Positions 1-12,262 of a stretch of 64,000 bases of DNA are shown one piece after another. Below the pieces are notes generated by a model. That model did not search any database, was not told where the DNA came from, and saw nothing but the letters and a program-made list of their open reading frames with translations. How positions within the stretch are numbered: position 1 is the first letter of the stretch; every line of letters begins with the position of its first letter. Origin of the DNA: Vicugna vicugna (lineage: Eukaryota); the NCBI GenBank assembly GCA_013265495.1, contig MU061633.1, forward strand, positions 1,408,302-1,472,301, written 5' to 3'. The position numbers and the translations under genes were made by a program.

Positions 1-2497
1 CAGCCCTGAAGTGTATCTTGACTGAGTGACCACAGCCCTCTCTTCTCCTGACTCCCCGAATACACGCGGGCTTTTCAGACGGCAGGTGCGTCCACAGCCC
101 TGTGACACTGAGCGCCTGCTGGCCTGGGGACGTAGGCATCGGTGGGCAGGGAGGTGTGTGTGCCCTGTCCCCACGTCGTCCAGCCTCAGCAGCATCTGTG
201 CTTTGAGGCCCCTTACAAGGTGCTTGTTGCTGGTCCTAGGAGGAGCTGTCCCCTTGATTGGCTTCTCAGTGTAAGAGCACTGGGAGGACCCAAATGGAGG
301 GGGTAAGAGGTAGATCTCTGAGCGGGGACCTGTGAGGTTTTGTACTGGCAGGTACACACTGAGGCACTCCCTACCTTTGTTTTGTCACTTGGGATTCCCT
401 CCTTCCTGTGTGGAAGCTTTCTTGAAAAAGAAAAGGACTGTTAGGGTCCCTTTCATTTTGTGTAGGGACTGCTGGATTCTACTCGTGCTGGAGACTGCAG
501 CTGCATACGGGCCTCCTTGTGTTCATGAGGAATTAAATGTACATGGTCTGTTTGACTTCCACTCCAGATTAGTAAATGATGGGTTTGCATTAGCACCATG
601 TCCAGAGTGTTTTACAGCTAAAACGGATCTTTCACAGCGTGCCTATCCCGTTCTCATGCTGTGTATTATCTCTTATCACAAAGTGTGGAAAGAAAAGGAC
701 CTGAGAAATTAAAAACATCCCTTAAATCGTTCAGCCTCCTCACCCAACCAGGCTCAACCTGACTCCATTAAAGGAAGCTCTGAAAATTTGAGATGTAAAT
801 AGGATCCTTGGATTTTTAGTCGACTCATTTTTTTTTCTTGTCAAAATTGTTGACTTTTCGCAGATTTTCTATGCAGTTAATTTTCTTAAGCTTTTACAAT
901 AGCCTAATCTCCCAAAAGAACTATTGGCTGTACAATTGTTGGAGTTGAAAATACTTTATTTTTGATGATACTATCCATAAACTATTCCAAAACCTCCACT
1001 TTTTATTTGAGTCTGTCTCAGGAGCCCATCGGAGTTTGCAGGGTCTGGATTTTGCTCTCCTCTCGCAGTGTCTGGTGCGTTGTCTGACACCTTGGAACCT
1101 GGCACCCAGGAGGAATTCTTCGCCCACTCCATTCATACCTTACGTTAGAAATTTGAAGCTTCCATAAACAGAGGTTTAGTTTTAAATTGGATGCCAGAAA
1201 CATTTATAACCCATTAAGTCAATAAGGGTGTAATGGCTTACAGTTCTAAAAAATTTGAGATTTTACTCCTTAAAAATGCATTTTGTATGTTAATAAGATT
1301 TTCTAATAAGAAAGTAAGGTAATTTGTACGGTAATAGAGAACGGGAAATTAAACCAAAAAATAATACTGTAGCTCACTGTACGGTTTACATCTCTGCTCA
1401 CATCATGGAATTTCTCCAAGGTTTTAAGTTCATTGTTTAAATTGAGTTTTAAAATTGTTTGCCTGAATGAGTTTCTCATTTGAGTTTCTCTTTCCTCAGT
1501 ACATGGTGATGTCTACTGTGCTATCAGAGGATTCAGAACCTGTTTCATTCCTTCAGTTGTGTTTTGTTTTGTTTAATTAATTGTTAATAGTGTTAACAGT
1601 TCTCCAAGATTTAGTTTCTCGCCAAAGAGAATCCTCTTTTCGTTTATCTGGAGAGCGCTGATGAGCCATCATTTCTGCAAGTACAGAAATAGTCCTTTGT
1701 GTGACTTCCTGAGGCCATAGAACGCAGTCGTAGGTAATTTAGGATTGTTGATGCTGCTTCTGAATTGTATGGCTTTCCTCCTGTTTGGCTTCATGGAATA
1801 GGCTTCTGAGGTCAAAGCCTAGGGTTCAGCCACTTTATTCACCTTTGAAACCATGTTTGATGTAAAGCAAGGCCTGTCCGATCTGTTTGTTCTTCGGAAC
1901 ATAACGTTAATGTAGGCGAAAGTTAATTTAGGCAATATATGTAGGGAATGCCTTCGCGACACGTTTACAGAGTATGAAGCAGTCTGTCAGCAAGGGCTGC
2001 TCAGCCTCCTGCCTCCTCACCGTCATGTCTCAGGGGCCACTTATGAACTGGATATTACTATTATTAAGTTGTCTTCACTTGGAAAACCAAGGATCTTCCT
2101 ACAATGTGTCACTTTTTTTAGATTTTTCTGGGTAATTAACTGGGTTTCACTGAGGTGTCGATCACCTTTACACACACTTTGAGGTTTGCTAACCATTTTA
2201 TCTTGATGAAGTGTGCGAACCTCATGCTCTCCCATTTCAGCTTTTTCTCCCTATTCTCAAATGACCTGAAATGAAACTTGATCAAGATATTTTTACTGTC
2301 TCCTCACCCAGCGTTTATCATGATTCTAAAGGCTGTGCGTGTGAGAGAGAGAGATCTGGTCTTATCTTTACAGTGATGTTTTCTCTGTGTTATAAAAAGT
2401 GCTTAAATTATAGATACTAAGACTATCAATGAAATTAACTGTATTTTCAAATGTTCTGCCTTTTTTTTCCTCTTGCTGTTGCCCTTCCTGATCGAAG

Positions 2498-2506
2498 TCT
2501 AGGAGA
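2498..2506 (+). CDS. ASAP1: ASAP1 9-nt alternative microexon (TCTAGGAGA = Ser-Arg-Arg), BAR-PH linker
   Basis: Long pyrimidine tract, then ...atcgaag|TCTAGGAGA|gtaagt. Phase 0/0. Matches the recalled mammalian ASAP1 isoform insertion E->ESRR just before DSQSRQGGY. Confidence 0.85.
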
Positions 2507-3283
2507 GTAAGTCAATACTTTTTGTGAGAATGTGTTGTCCCACTTCCGTGTCTAAAGCCCCGTGTTCTCATCCTACAGTTCAGCATTGTTAGTTTATTTC
2601 TCACATTTCCACAGTGCAGGGGCCGCGTCTGCTCGTGCAGTCTTTAGAAATGAGGGGAGGCATCTGTGGGAATGCTGATGTCAGATTAAGCTGGCTGGCA
2701 TCTTTGTCCTTTCATCAACCCTTATCACCCTGTCACTTTTCACTGCCATAGAGTCATCTCTTTAAATCAAAAGCATGGTTATAGGTATATTTTTGCAGAG
2801 CACTATTTAGTTACAAAACAAGAATTTTATGGCAGTTCTTAGTACCTCACACCAAGGATGTCCTCTCCATCGCAGGCATTTTAGCAGGACAGAGAGGCGG
2901 TCCCGAAGGGGAGCATTCTCGGGGTGCATGCACCAGGGGGCCCCTTCAGTTCTTCCTCTGCTCGCCTCTGCTGCCGGTGTGAACTGGCTGGAGTCGCTGA
3001 GTAGTGGGTCACTGCAGTGTGTTTGTAGTAGAGCTGAGTTCTGAACTAGAAACAGGAGATCCGAACCCCGGGCCCTGGCTCTCCTTTGGACTTGCCTGTG
3101 ACTCTGACGACTGCTCACCTGCCCAGTTTCCTCCTCGAAAATAAAGCCGAGGACCTGACGTCTCTTAAAGGTCCATCATTCTCTTAGCCCCAGACCAACG
3201 GGCAAGGGCTCTGTGGCAGAGTAGAGTCAAGGACTTGAGGATTTTCTCCAGCATCTGTCTAATCCACGCCTTCTCCTTTCCAG

Positions 3284-3384
3284 GATTCCCAGAGCCGGCA
3301 GGGGGGGTACAGCATGCATCAGCTCCAGGGCAACAAGGAGTACGGCAGTGAGAAGAAGGGGTACCTGCTGAAGAAGAGTGATGG
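3284..3384 (+). CDS. ASAP1: ASAP1 exon: DSQSRQGGYSMHQLQGNKEYGSEKKGYLLKKSD(G), start of PH domain
   Basis: ctttccag|GAT...GATGG|gtaggt; 101 nt, phase 0->2; translation matches ASAP1. Confidence 0.97.
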
Positions 3385-3790
3385 GTAGGTGTGGGGCCAG
3401 CCTGGGGTGTAGGGGCCTGGGAGTGTGTCCCCGCCTCTCCCATCGGGAGACACACTTACGTGGTGTCTGATGCACCAGCCTCAGACCTCAGGGACCCTGC
3501 TGTCCTCAGGTGAGTCTCAGGCTGAACCTGCTGTCTTTAGAAGAAGCAGTAAGTGTTTTGTGGTCCCCAAGCGGCCCCTGTGACTGTAACGTGCAGTTTG
3601 AGGACGGCAGGGACTGAGTAGGACCAGCACGTTCTCGCCGGCTCCACGCTCGCCCACGTCCCTGGTTTTTCTCACTGCAACTTTCCCTGCCGGACGCCCC
3701 AGGCCCCAGCTCCCAGCCCCCAGAGTCATCTGTGACTCCCCTCTTCCCTTGTGCACCACAGCCAACCTCATTACACACTCTTCCATTTCT

Positions 3791-3913
3791 TTTTTCTTTT
3801 CTTTTTTTTTTACTTTTTTTAATTGAAGTATCATCAGTTACAGTGTGGCAATTTCTGGTGCACAGCACTGATGTCCCAGTCACGCATGTACGTATATATT
3901 CGTTTTCATACTG
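3791..3913 (-). mobile_element. 5'-truncated LINE-1 3' end with 13-bp TSD
   Basis: T-rich tail then attgaagtat...tttctggtgcacagca (L1 3'UTR antisense). ctcttccatttct at 3778-3790 and 3914-3926. Confidence 0.8.
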
Positions 3914-4399
3914 CTCTTCCATTTCTAACATGTCCTGCCAGCTCTGCCACCCTGCTCCAGGATGAGCCACCATCGCCTCTCCTGGACTGTTTTGGTGGCC
4001 TCATAACTGGTCTCTGTGTCACTCACCCGTCCCCTTCTCCACAAAGCACAGCAGGCCATTCCCATGCTTGCAGTGCTCCAGTGACTCCCTGATGCATGTG
4101 GGTCTCACCCCTGCCTCCCTCTCCAGCCACATCTTGTGCCCTTTTCCTCCCCAGTCCTGCCACACACCTTCTTTCTGTTGCTTGAACAAATGATTCTACT
4201 TCACAGGAGGAACACGAATAGAATCTTCATTATCCGCTTTACTATTTCTCATCTTTTTTTAAAAGAAAGCTTCTTGTCTTCTGACCGTTCGTGGCTGTGT
4301 GCTCCTTGCCTTTATCGAAGTCACTTTCATTTTGTTTTAATCTGTTTGTTAAAATTGCACACTTCTGGGTTCACTGTGAGTCTTGCTCATCCTCCTCCT

Positions 4400-5090
4400 C
4401 GTGCATTCAGCAGATCTCCTTTGGGAGTCCTGCTACGTGCCAGGCACTGTGGTAGACGCTGGGAATATAGCACTGAACCAGAGAAAGTCCTTATTCTTAC
4501 AGAGCTTACTACATTCTGTGCAGGGAGACAGGCAATGAAGAAGGAATGTCCAGGGGTCGGATGGTAACAGATGCTGTGGAGAATGGAAAGGGAGGAGGCA
4601 GGGCACACAGGGCACGTAAGGATGGTGCTTGCCGTGTACGGGGTCATCGAGGAAGACCTGCAGGAAGTGAGGGGGCGATCTAGATGGAGACCTGGGGGAG
4701 AGGGGTGGCAGGAGCGGGCTTCTGTGTGATGACACTTAGGAGAACAGGGAGAGCCAGGGGTCAGAGGACACAAGGTCAGAGGGGGCGGGCACCAGCCCAC
4801 ACGGGCTTCGGGAACCGTTGAGTGAGACGAGGAGTCGTGGGAGGGTTTTACTAAGAGGACTGCCATCATCTGACGTGTCCGGAAAGCTTCTCTCCTGTAC
4901 CAGAACTGGTATAAGAGCAGAAGCAGAGAGACTGGTGAAGGCTGCTGCAGACACCCAGAGCAGAGCTGGTGGGAGGCCGCGGGGACAGCAGAACAGGGGC
5001 AAAAGTAAAAGGCGGTCAGATTCTGGACGATGACAGTAGGGCCGGTGGGATTCGCTGGAACAGAACGCGAAGAAACAGAAGCCTCCCCAG
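4400..5090 (-). mobile_element. L2 fragment (approximate ends)
   Basis: cattcagcag...tacgtgccaggcactgtggtagacgctggg... followed by purine-rich L2 body. Confidence 0.65.
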
Positions 5091-8011
5091 CAAACTATTA
5101 AGTCCTGCAAAGAGAAAAAGAGAAGAAATGCCACAATCACAGCTTTAAACTGGGCTCCTCTTAACTGACACAGTGACCAGATTGTAGCCCAGGCTGCATG
5201 ATACCTAACGTTACTACATAAACTATTAATCCTGTAATCTCGGGCTCGGCTCCCTTATCCTGCACACCAGTGGTGCAGGCGTCACTTAGGACGGTGGTGA
5301 CCTGTTACTCTGCCATCAAATGGAAAGTTAGTGTGTATTCTGTTGCAGGCAACAGTGGACTGTTACACATCTTTTGAAGCAGAAGCACAGAACAGACATA
5401 TTTTTAACAATACTCACCTAAAGTCAGCATGATTTTCTTGGAATTAGAGTCGCCTGTTTCTAAGTGAAGTGGTTAATAGCTGCATGCCCAGGATAAGTCA
5501 GCAGAGTCTTCATGGGTCTTGCATAGTTCAAACCTTACAATGTTCAAGGAAGGTATCATGCTGTGAGCATCTGCTGTGTGCCTGCCAGACACCGCCAGGT
5601 ACCTCTCAGTCGCCTCCTTTGACACTTTCTGTAGGTAAGGCAACTCATCCAGAGTGATTCAGTCATTTGACTAAGATCATATAGCCAGTAAGTGTAAGAG
5701 CCCAATTTCAACCTGGGCCTTCTGAATTAATACCACAGTATCTCCCTTTCATATTTCAGAGGGGCACTGCTTCTGTTGCTCACCCTTGGGATACACAAGG
5801 CTTAAATTGGCATAAGCTCACACCCCTGACTCCGCCAGCCTTTGATCTGTCCTGCCTTCATGCACTCATTCTGCACACATTTATTCAGCACTCTAGAGGC
5901 CGAGGCTAGATGCTGGAAGGTAAAGGGAGGTGAGAGGCGGTCCTCATCCTCGTCCTGCCTACCATCTGTTGGGAAGAGATGAGGAAAGAACTGTTGCATC
6001 TTACAGTTGGGAAGGAGATTGGAAGTTGGGTGGCCCGACCTAATAATTGCACAGGCAGAAAAGATAAAAAATGGTAACCCCAAGTTGCTTGTGTTTGCTT
6101 TCTGTGGAAGAGAGAAAATGGAAACGCGTATGTATGTGTGAGGACGAGCGCACCTGCCCGAGCCGGCTGCTGACGTGTTGTGTGATTTTTCTCCTAAGGA
6201 CCGTTTGCACGAGTGATTTCTCGACCTTGGGCTTGGAATACTCCTTGTCACTTAAAGGATTTTTATACAATTTGAAAAGCAATTTATAATGTTTAAAGGC
6301 AATTTGTAAACTGTATAGTCCAATAGTATTTGTTGAGAGGCAAAGGAGCAGTTGCTTTACATATACTTTTTCAAAGTAGTCTCGAAGGTGGACCTTGTCC
6401 TGATACAGACAAGGAAAGTGAGTTTCTGGGGTCCGTGGCACGAGGGATGTGTCGCGGGGGTACGTTAACCAAACACAGGTCTGATTATCTGACGAATAAT
6501 CACCTCTCATCCAACTTTCCCCTAGTCAGTGCTTCAGGGGAAGGTGTGGTTTAGCTATGATCTTAGGGTAGTTTATGAATTAGTAGTGTTTCATTACCTC
6601 CAGAGGAGATTAGCAGTTTGATCAGTGTGTTCAGTTTACTTTTAGTCAGATGGTGTCAGATTCTTATTTCCCTCTGGAAACGTGCTTCTAGTGGCTTCAT
6701 ACACAAGAAGACAGTATTCTCTGTGTTCAGGGTTTGTTTTAAATGCGTATTGTGGCAGGTTTCTTACAAGAATAGTTTGAGAAGGAAAAGGAAGCACAGG
6801 AGGACATCACTTTAAATGCCTGGGAGACGCTCCCGCGGCCTTCGCTGCTGATGTTTGTTTCCATGGTAACAGAAGGCCTGGGCCGCCTTCTCCTGGCCTG
6901 GAGAATCACTGTCCCCCGCTCACTTCTGTTCACCTGATGGGAGTGATCTCAGCTCGTGCTTTTGTACCTGCCCGTAGGGGTATGAACCCGCCTCACGTGC
7001 AGTCTCTCCCCTGTATCTGGAGCTTCACCAAAAAACTTCTCCAAGTTGAAATTAGTCCTGTTTGGCTTTTTCCACCCTTCAGCATCATCGGTTCCCATTT
7101 TTCAGTGCCTGTCACTCGTAGCCACTTGTGAAAGTTTGGCCAAGGTTGACTTTCCCCAAAGAATCACGAACGATTCTCTTATAGGGGCACTGAGGTACCA
7201 TCTTAGCTCTGAAGGACGCTGGAGGAGAGGTTGACAGGTCACCAAAAATGACGCTGATCTGTCTTTGAGCCCCAGACCCTGAGCTGCTTCTCTGTATCCA
7301 GAGGCATCCCCACTCCCACTCTTCCTTGTATGACAAAAACCTTAAGTTACTTTCCTAATTTTTAAAATCTAATTTTAATTACAGAAGCAATAGATCAATA
7401 CAACCTGCTTGTAAAAGATTCACAGATAATGGTTAACGTCTCCTTAGTGCCATCCCTAATACAGATCTGAGCCATCTCCCCAGGGCGGAGTACTTTGGTC
7501 AGAGTGGTATCCCTCTCCAGACCCTCCCTGTACATTTGTGCATAAATGTATATGCCCGTAGAAAATTTGGAGCGCTGTCTTATAGTCTGAAATTTTAACA
7601 TGACTAGATGGTTCCTGATTTATCTTAAAGCTGCTTGCTTTTTCAGCCATTGGTGTGCTTTAAAAATCTAAATCTGTCAGCACATAGGCAGCTACTTTAT
7701 TCTTCTAAACGCCTATGTAATACTCTGTAGTGTGAATGTAATTATAATGTGTTTATTCATCCTCCTGCTATTCGATTTCTGTTGTTTCTATTGCTCCCTG
7801 TTTTCACCATCAAAAACAATGCTCGAACGAGCATCCTTGTACCTGCCTACTAGTCTGAATCACTCTCCAGCTGGATAATAAAAGGCACCCAGGTTCTCTG
7901 GTTTTTGGTTTGGGGTTGGTGGGTTTTTTCTTGGTAATGATTATTATGTGTGACCCTGTACAGTTGCGTGAACCGGTTACCGTACTAGTCTGTGTTTGAC
8001 TCCCTCTTTAG

Positions 8012-8081
8012 GATCCGGAAAGTGTGGCAGAGAAGGAAGTGCGCCGTCAAGAACGGGATTCTGACCATCTCCCACGCCACA
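8012..8081 (+). CDS. ASAP1: ASAP1 exon: (G)IRKVWQRRKCAVKNGILTISHAT, PH domain
   Basis: ctctttag|GATC...GCCACA|gtaagt; 70 nt, phase 2->0. Confidence 0.97.
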
Positions 8082-8990
8082 GTAAGTGTGCTGCTGGTTT
8101 CCCTTCTGTGATGCCTTCTGGCTGCGTGGACTGGAAAGCACGCCCGTGGTGTAACCAGCCCTGAAAACTTCCCCAGGTGTGTTTAATGTACGGAGTGGGT
8201 CAGAGGATTTAGGCTCTTTCTTTACAAAAGAAAGTGGCCCTCTCTTCTCCTCCAGTGTCCTGCCTCGTTCTCTTGTTCCACCAGAACTTTTTGTCTTCTG
8301 CTCCCCCAAAGCGCATCAGGTACTCTTTTACTTTATAATCTTACCTTAGGTGAAGTATTACTGGTTGTCTGGAAAACCTAAAGTTCTCTGAATTATAAAG
8401 ATGGCGGAAGGAACAAGTAACGTAGGAAGTGAAACAGTGCGTGTTACAATGTCACAGTGTGGTCAGAACTTCAGTGTGGCCTCTCTTGGGTCACATGTAT
8501 TCCTGGGCAGCTACAAAGTGGACCTACCTCGGGGCACGTTCCAGAGGCGTCCGGGGGGTCCTGGGGCTGCAGCAGTTAGAACAGTGCCCTTCAAGCAACT
8601 GGAGTCACAAGAGACGTTTCAGCCGCTGCCCCGTGAGGTGTGGTTGGAGCATGTGTTCAGCAGTTGCCTGGATGTGGTCGTGTCTGGTCTCCAGTTGACT
8701 TTCCTGAGCCCACTTTGTGTCTGATACTTTCCGATTTTTAGTGGCTGAGTGAAGTCTGTCTTGTGTGTGAGCAGAGACAAAAACTAGAGAAGCCCCAGGG
8801 GAAATGTCATGCCTTCTCCACTCCAAGGGAGTGTTTTTCAGGTTAAATGCGCTAAAGTGAAAAGTGCCGACCATTTGACTTTATGTAGAAGGGGAAGTTT
8901 TTAGTCAAAGATGTGCTTTGTGTGCCCAGACTCCACATCCTTCTTGCCTTGGATTCGTCTCATGGCAGGTCTTCAGCGAGCTTTGTGGGG

Positions 8991-9406
8991 TTTTTTTGAA
9001 GTATAGTTGATTTACAGTGATGTGTCAGTTTCTGGTGTACAGCATCATCTTTCAGTCCTACATATACATACATATATTCCTTTTCATGTTCTTTTTCATT
9101 GTAGGTTACTGTAAGATACTGAATATAGTTCACTGTGCTGTACAGTAGAAACTTGTCATTTATCTATTTTATATATACAGTTGGTGTCTGCAAATCTCAA
9201 GCTCCTAATTTATTTCTTCCACCCTCCATAACCATAAGTTTGTTTTCTGTGTCTGTGAGTCTGTTTTGTAAATAAATTCATTTGTGTCGTTTTTTAGATC
9301 CCGCCTATAAGTGATGTCATACGGTGTTTTTCTTTCTCTTTCTGGCTTACTTCACTTCATGACGATCCCCAGGTCCATCCGTGTTGCTACGGGTGGCATT
9401 TTATTC
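8991..9406 (-). mobile_element. LINE-1 3'UTR fragment
   Basis: ttgaagtatagttgatttac...tttctggtgtacagc...aaccataagtttgttttctgtgtctgtgagtctg...aggtccatccgtgttgct, typical antisense mammalian L1 3' end. Confidence 0.85.
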
Positions 9407-10851
9407 ATCAGTACACAATTTGACAGGTTATGTAATGGCCTTATCCTCTTCACCTACTGGCCCTTCTTTAGAACCTGCTGTGGGGGAGGCGGCTCGGGTG
9501 ACTGGAGATCACCGAGAGGGTGGAGCGAGTGAGCAGCACTGCGTACGAGAAGTTCCACCCTCCCTTTTTCTTCCCTGCCAAACATAGTATTGTGGCCAAG
9601 CCAGGGGTTTCTGAGTTTTCCTCAGGGTCTAATCAACAGCAAACATCACATCGGCTGCAGTGTTTAGTGGCCATGAGGATGGACCGGGGCATCTGCTTGA
9701 TTTGAGCCTAAAGGCAGAGTTACTTAACCGTTTTGTGCCTTGGTTTCCTCATCTGTCAAATGGAATAACAATAATAGTGCTTATCCCTTAATCTTCACAA
9801 CTACCCTAAAAGTAAATACATAGGAAACACTGAGCACGGGGTCTGGCACAAGTAAATGCTGCGTAATTGTCAGGATGCTGCTGCCGCCCTCGTTTTGATT
9901 AACTGCCGTCTATTTGTAAGGGTGATTAGAAGCCTGTTAGAAATGTTTGTCTCAGCAACTCAGTGACCATTTAGTTGATAAAATGTAACGAGAATACTTA
10001 TTTAAAGACATACTCCGTAACTCAGACGCTTTATCATCAAGTTAACGCACCTCATACAGCCATCCCTAAGTTAGAGGGTTTTCGGTGTCTGAACTCTTGT
10101 TGGATAACAAGGCATGGATTAAAGTGGTTACTGCAGTTAAATAGGAAATATGAGTTTAAAAGTTCTCTTCTGGCCCAAATGCTACATACTGGCAAATAGT
10201 AGGCACTCTAAATGTTTGTGGAAATGACTAAATGATGACCAACTAGCACTCTGGTCAGTTGCAGTAACATCACCCCAATTTCTTATCAGGAGCCCCAGTA
10301 ACCTCTTTTTTTTTTGTATTTACATTATAGCATTGTTTAATGTTGATTCTAGAGCAGAACATACTCTCAGAAGTAAAACGACAAGTTTGTTACTGCAATA
10401 AGAGATTGTCAAGAAAACCACCATTTATAAATATATCTTGCACGCACACACACATTCTACCAACTAGAAATCAGTCCTATGGTTTAAATGATTGGGAGGT
10501 TTAAGGGAATTCATAGTCATTCACACTCTAGGATGAATTAGTTCAGTTAGGTGATCAGCTCCTTCTCCACTGAGCTGTCTGAAGGGTCACTGAGGGGATG
10601 GGGGTATCTTTAATTGTGGCCACAGGATGGGAATTGTGGAAGGTGGAACAGGTCAAGAATGAGTGGGATTTCTCAGCAGGAGTGTTAAGTGATCTGGAGG
10701 GGAAATGAAGTAACTGGCCATTCCAGGGAAGGAAGAATCAGACAAGGGTAAAAAAGGAAAGATGTTTTCACTAGCTCTGCAAATGTCCCAGAGACTTCCC
10801 TTGACATGGAAACAGTATGACAAATGGGAACAGCTCTGGGAAGAAATTTAT

Positions 10852-11031
10852 GTAAATCCCAGCTTTGCTTACTATCTATAAAACGTTGGTCAGTTTACTG
10901 TCAGCTTCCTGACTCTCAGTTTCCTCATGTGTAAAATGGGTACAGCACGGTTCTTGGCTCACAGAGTTATTGCAGAAGTGGAGTAATGAAACTTGCATAA
11001 AGTCCTGAGCAGTTTAGGTGTCCAATAAATG
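10852..11031 (+). mobile_element. MIR SINE
   Basis: MIR core ctcagtttcctcatgtgtaaaatggg and tail caataaatg. Confidence 0.7.
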
Positions 11032-12124
11032 AAAACTAGTCCCTTGCCCCACAAAAAACCAAGTACTTTCCAGAAGCCATAAGTTTAATGTACTGAAGTT
11101 TTGGAGATAAGATCTCTCTGCAGAGATAGGTGTTTAGCATGTACCTAACTTCTTGCCAGGCAGGTTACTGTGGTTACTGACTGTATGCCAAACATATTTG
11201 TCCCTCTAGGGCGTAGTAGGTGTCTAAATAAATATTATTTATTGAACAAAAATTGAAATAACTATAAGGATCTGAGCAGCTCTGTTACCAAGGACTAGCC
11301 TAGAAGGTGAGGAGAGCTTTATTATTTTATCTTTACCTCTTTCTACCCAGCAGCCTCAGCCTGGCTGGGTCAGGCTTACTTCCCAAGTAATTAATGATGT
11401 TCACTTCTTGTTTGTGAAGCAGACCAATTCAGCAGGGTAGGGGACGTAATTTCATTTCTGGAGACTAATTCCAATAGCAGCTGTTTTGTGCTAACAGAAG
11501 TAGGCCTACGCTGACAACTTCACACTTCCAGCGAAAACACTTCCCCGTGGTGCTGGGCTGTCTAAGGACAGACGTGTGGTGTTTGTTTTCTTTCCGGAGA
11601 CGCAGACACATTCATCAGAATCGATTCATCCTGTTTCTGCATGTGCTTCTGCCGACTTTCCTAGCTGAGCGGCATCTTCTGTTTTGGGCGGCAGCACGTT
11701 GTGTCAGAGGGCTGGTATCTACATCACTTCTGTTCATGGAGCGTGTCCAGAGTGGGAACGTTTTCAAAAACCAGAAACCTGTGCATGGCTTTGCCATGTG
11801 TGCGTGTGCACACGTGCCCGTGTAAAACGAACACTTCTGGGTATGTTGTTAATTGAAAAAAGCCATTTGCAAATCAGTATATACAAGTTGAACCAACCTG
11901 TGTTTTCTAAAAGCAGACACTTCACCCTCACGTCTTGTTAAAGTTGGGGTATTAACAAGGACTATCTCTGGGTGTAAAAGTGAGGTTAACAAGTAACGCT
12001 GAGTTTCTTTATTGCACTTTGTCTCCTCGTGTTTCTTCAGTGAATATGCATTCTTTTAATAAAAAGAAAAGTCTATAAAAGGATAAGCCTCAGTTTCAGA
12101 GAACAACCATAATAATAGCCTTCA

Positions 12125-12262
12125 CTTTTTTTACCTTTTTATTTATTTTTTTATTTTTTAACATTTTTTATTGATTTATAATCATTTGACAGTGTTGTGT
12201 CAAATTCTAGTGTAGAGCACAGTTTTTCAGTTATACATGAACATGTATATACTCATTGTCAC
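12125..12262 (-). mobile_element. 5'-truncated camelid-type LINE-1 3' end with TSD
   Basis: T-rich tail then aacattttttattgatttataatcattt..gtgttgtgtcaaatt. agccttca at 12117-12124 and 12263-12270. Confidence 0.78.

Noticed and set aside
1485-1511. Acceptor-like tttctctttcctcag followed by TACATG|gtgatg
   Set aside because: Donor is non-consensus and the peptide matches no ASAP1 isoform I know.
1-2497. Search for the VGGLYVASRANS cassette exon recalled from mouse Asap1
   Set aside because: No matching sequence seen; it may lie upstream of the window or be absent.
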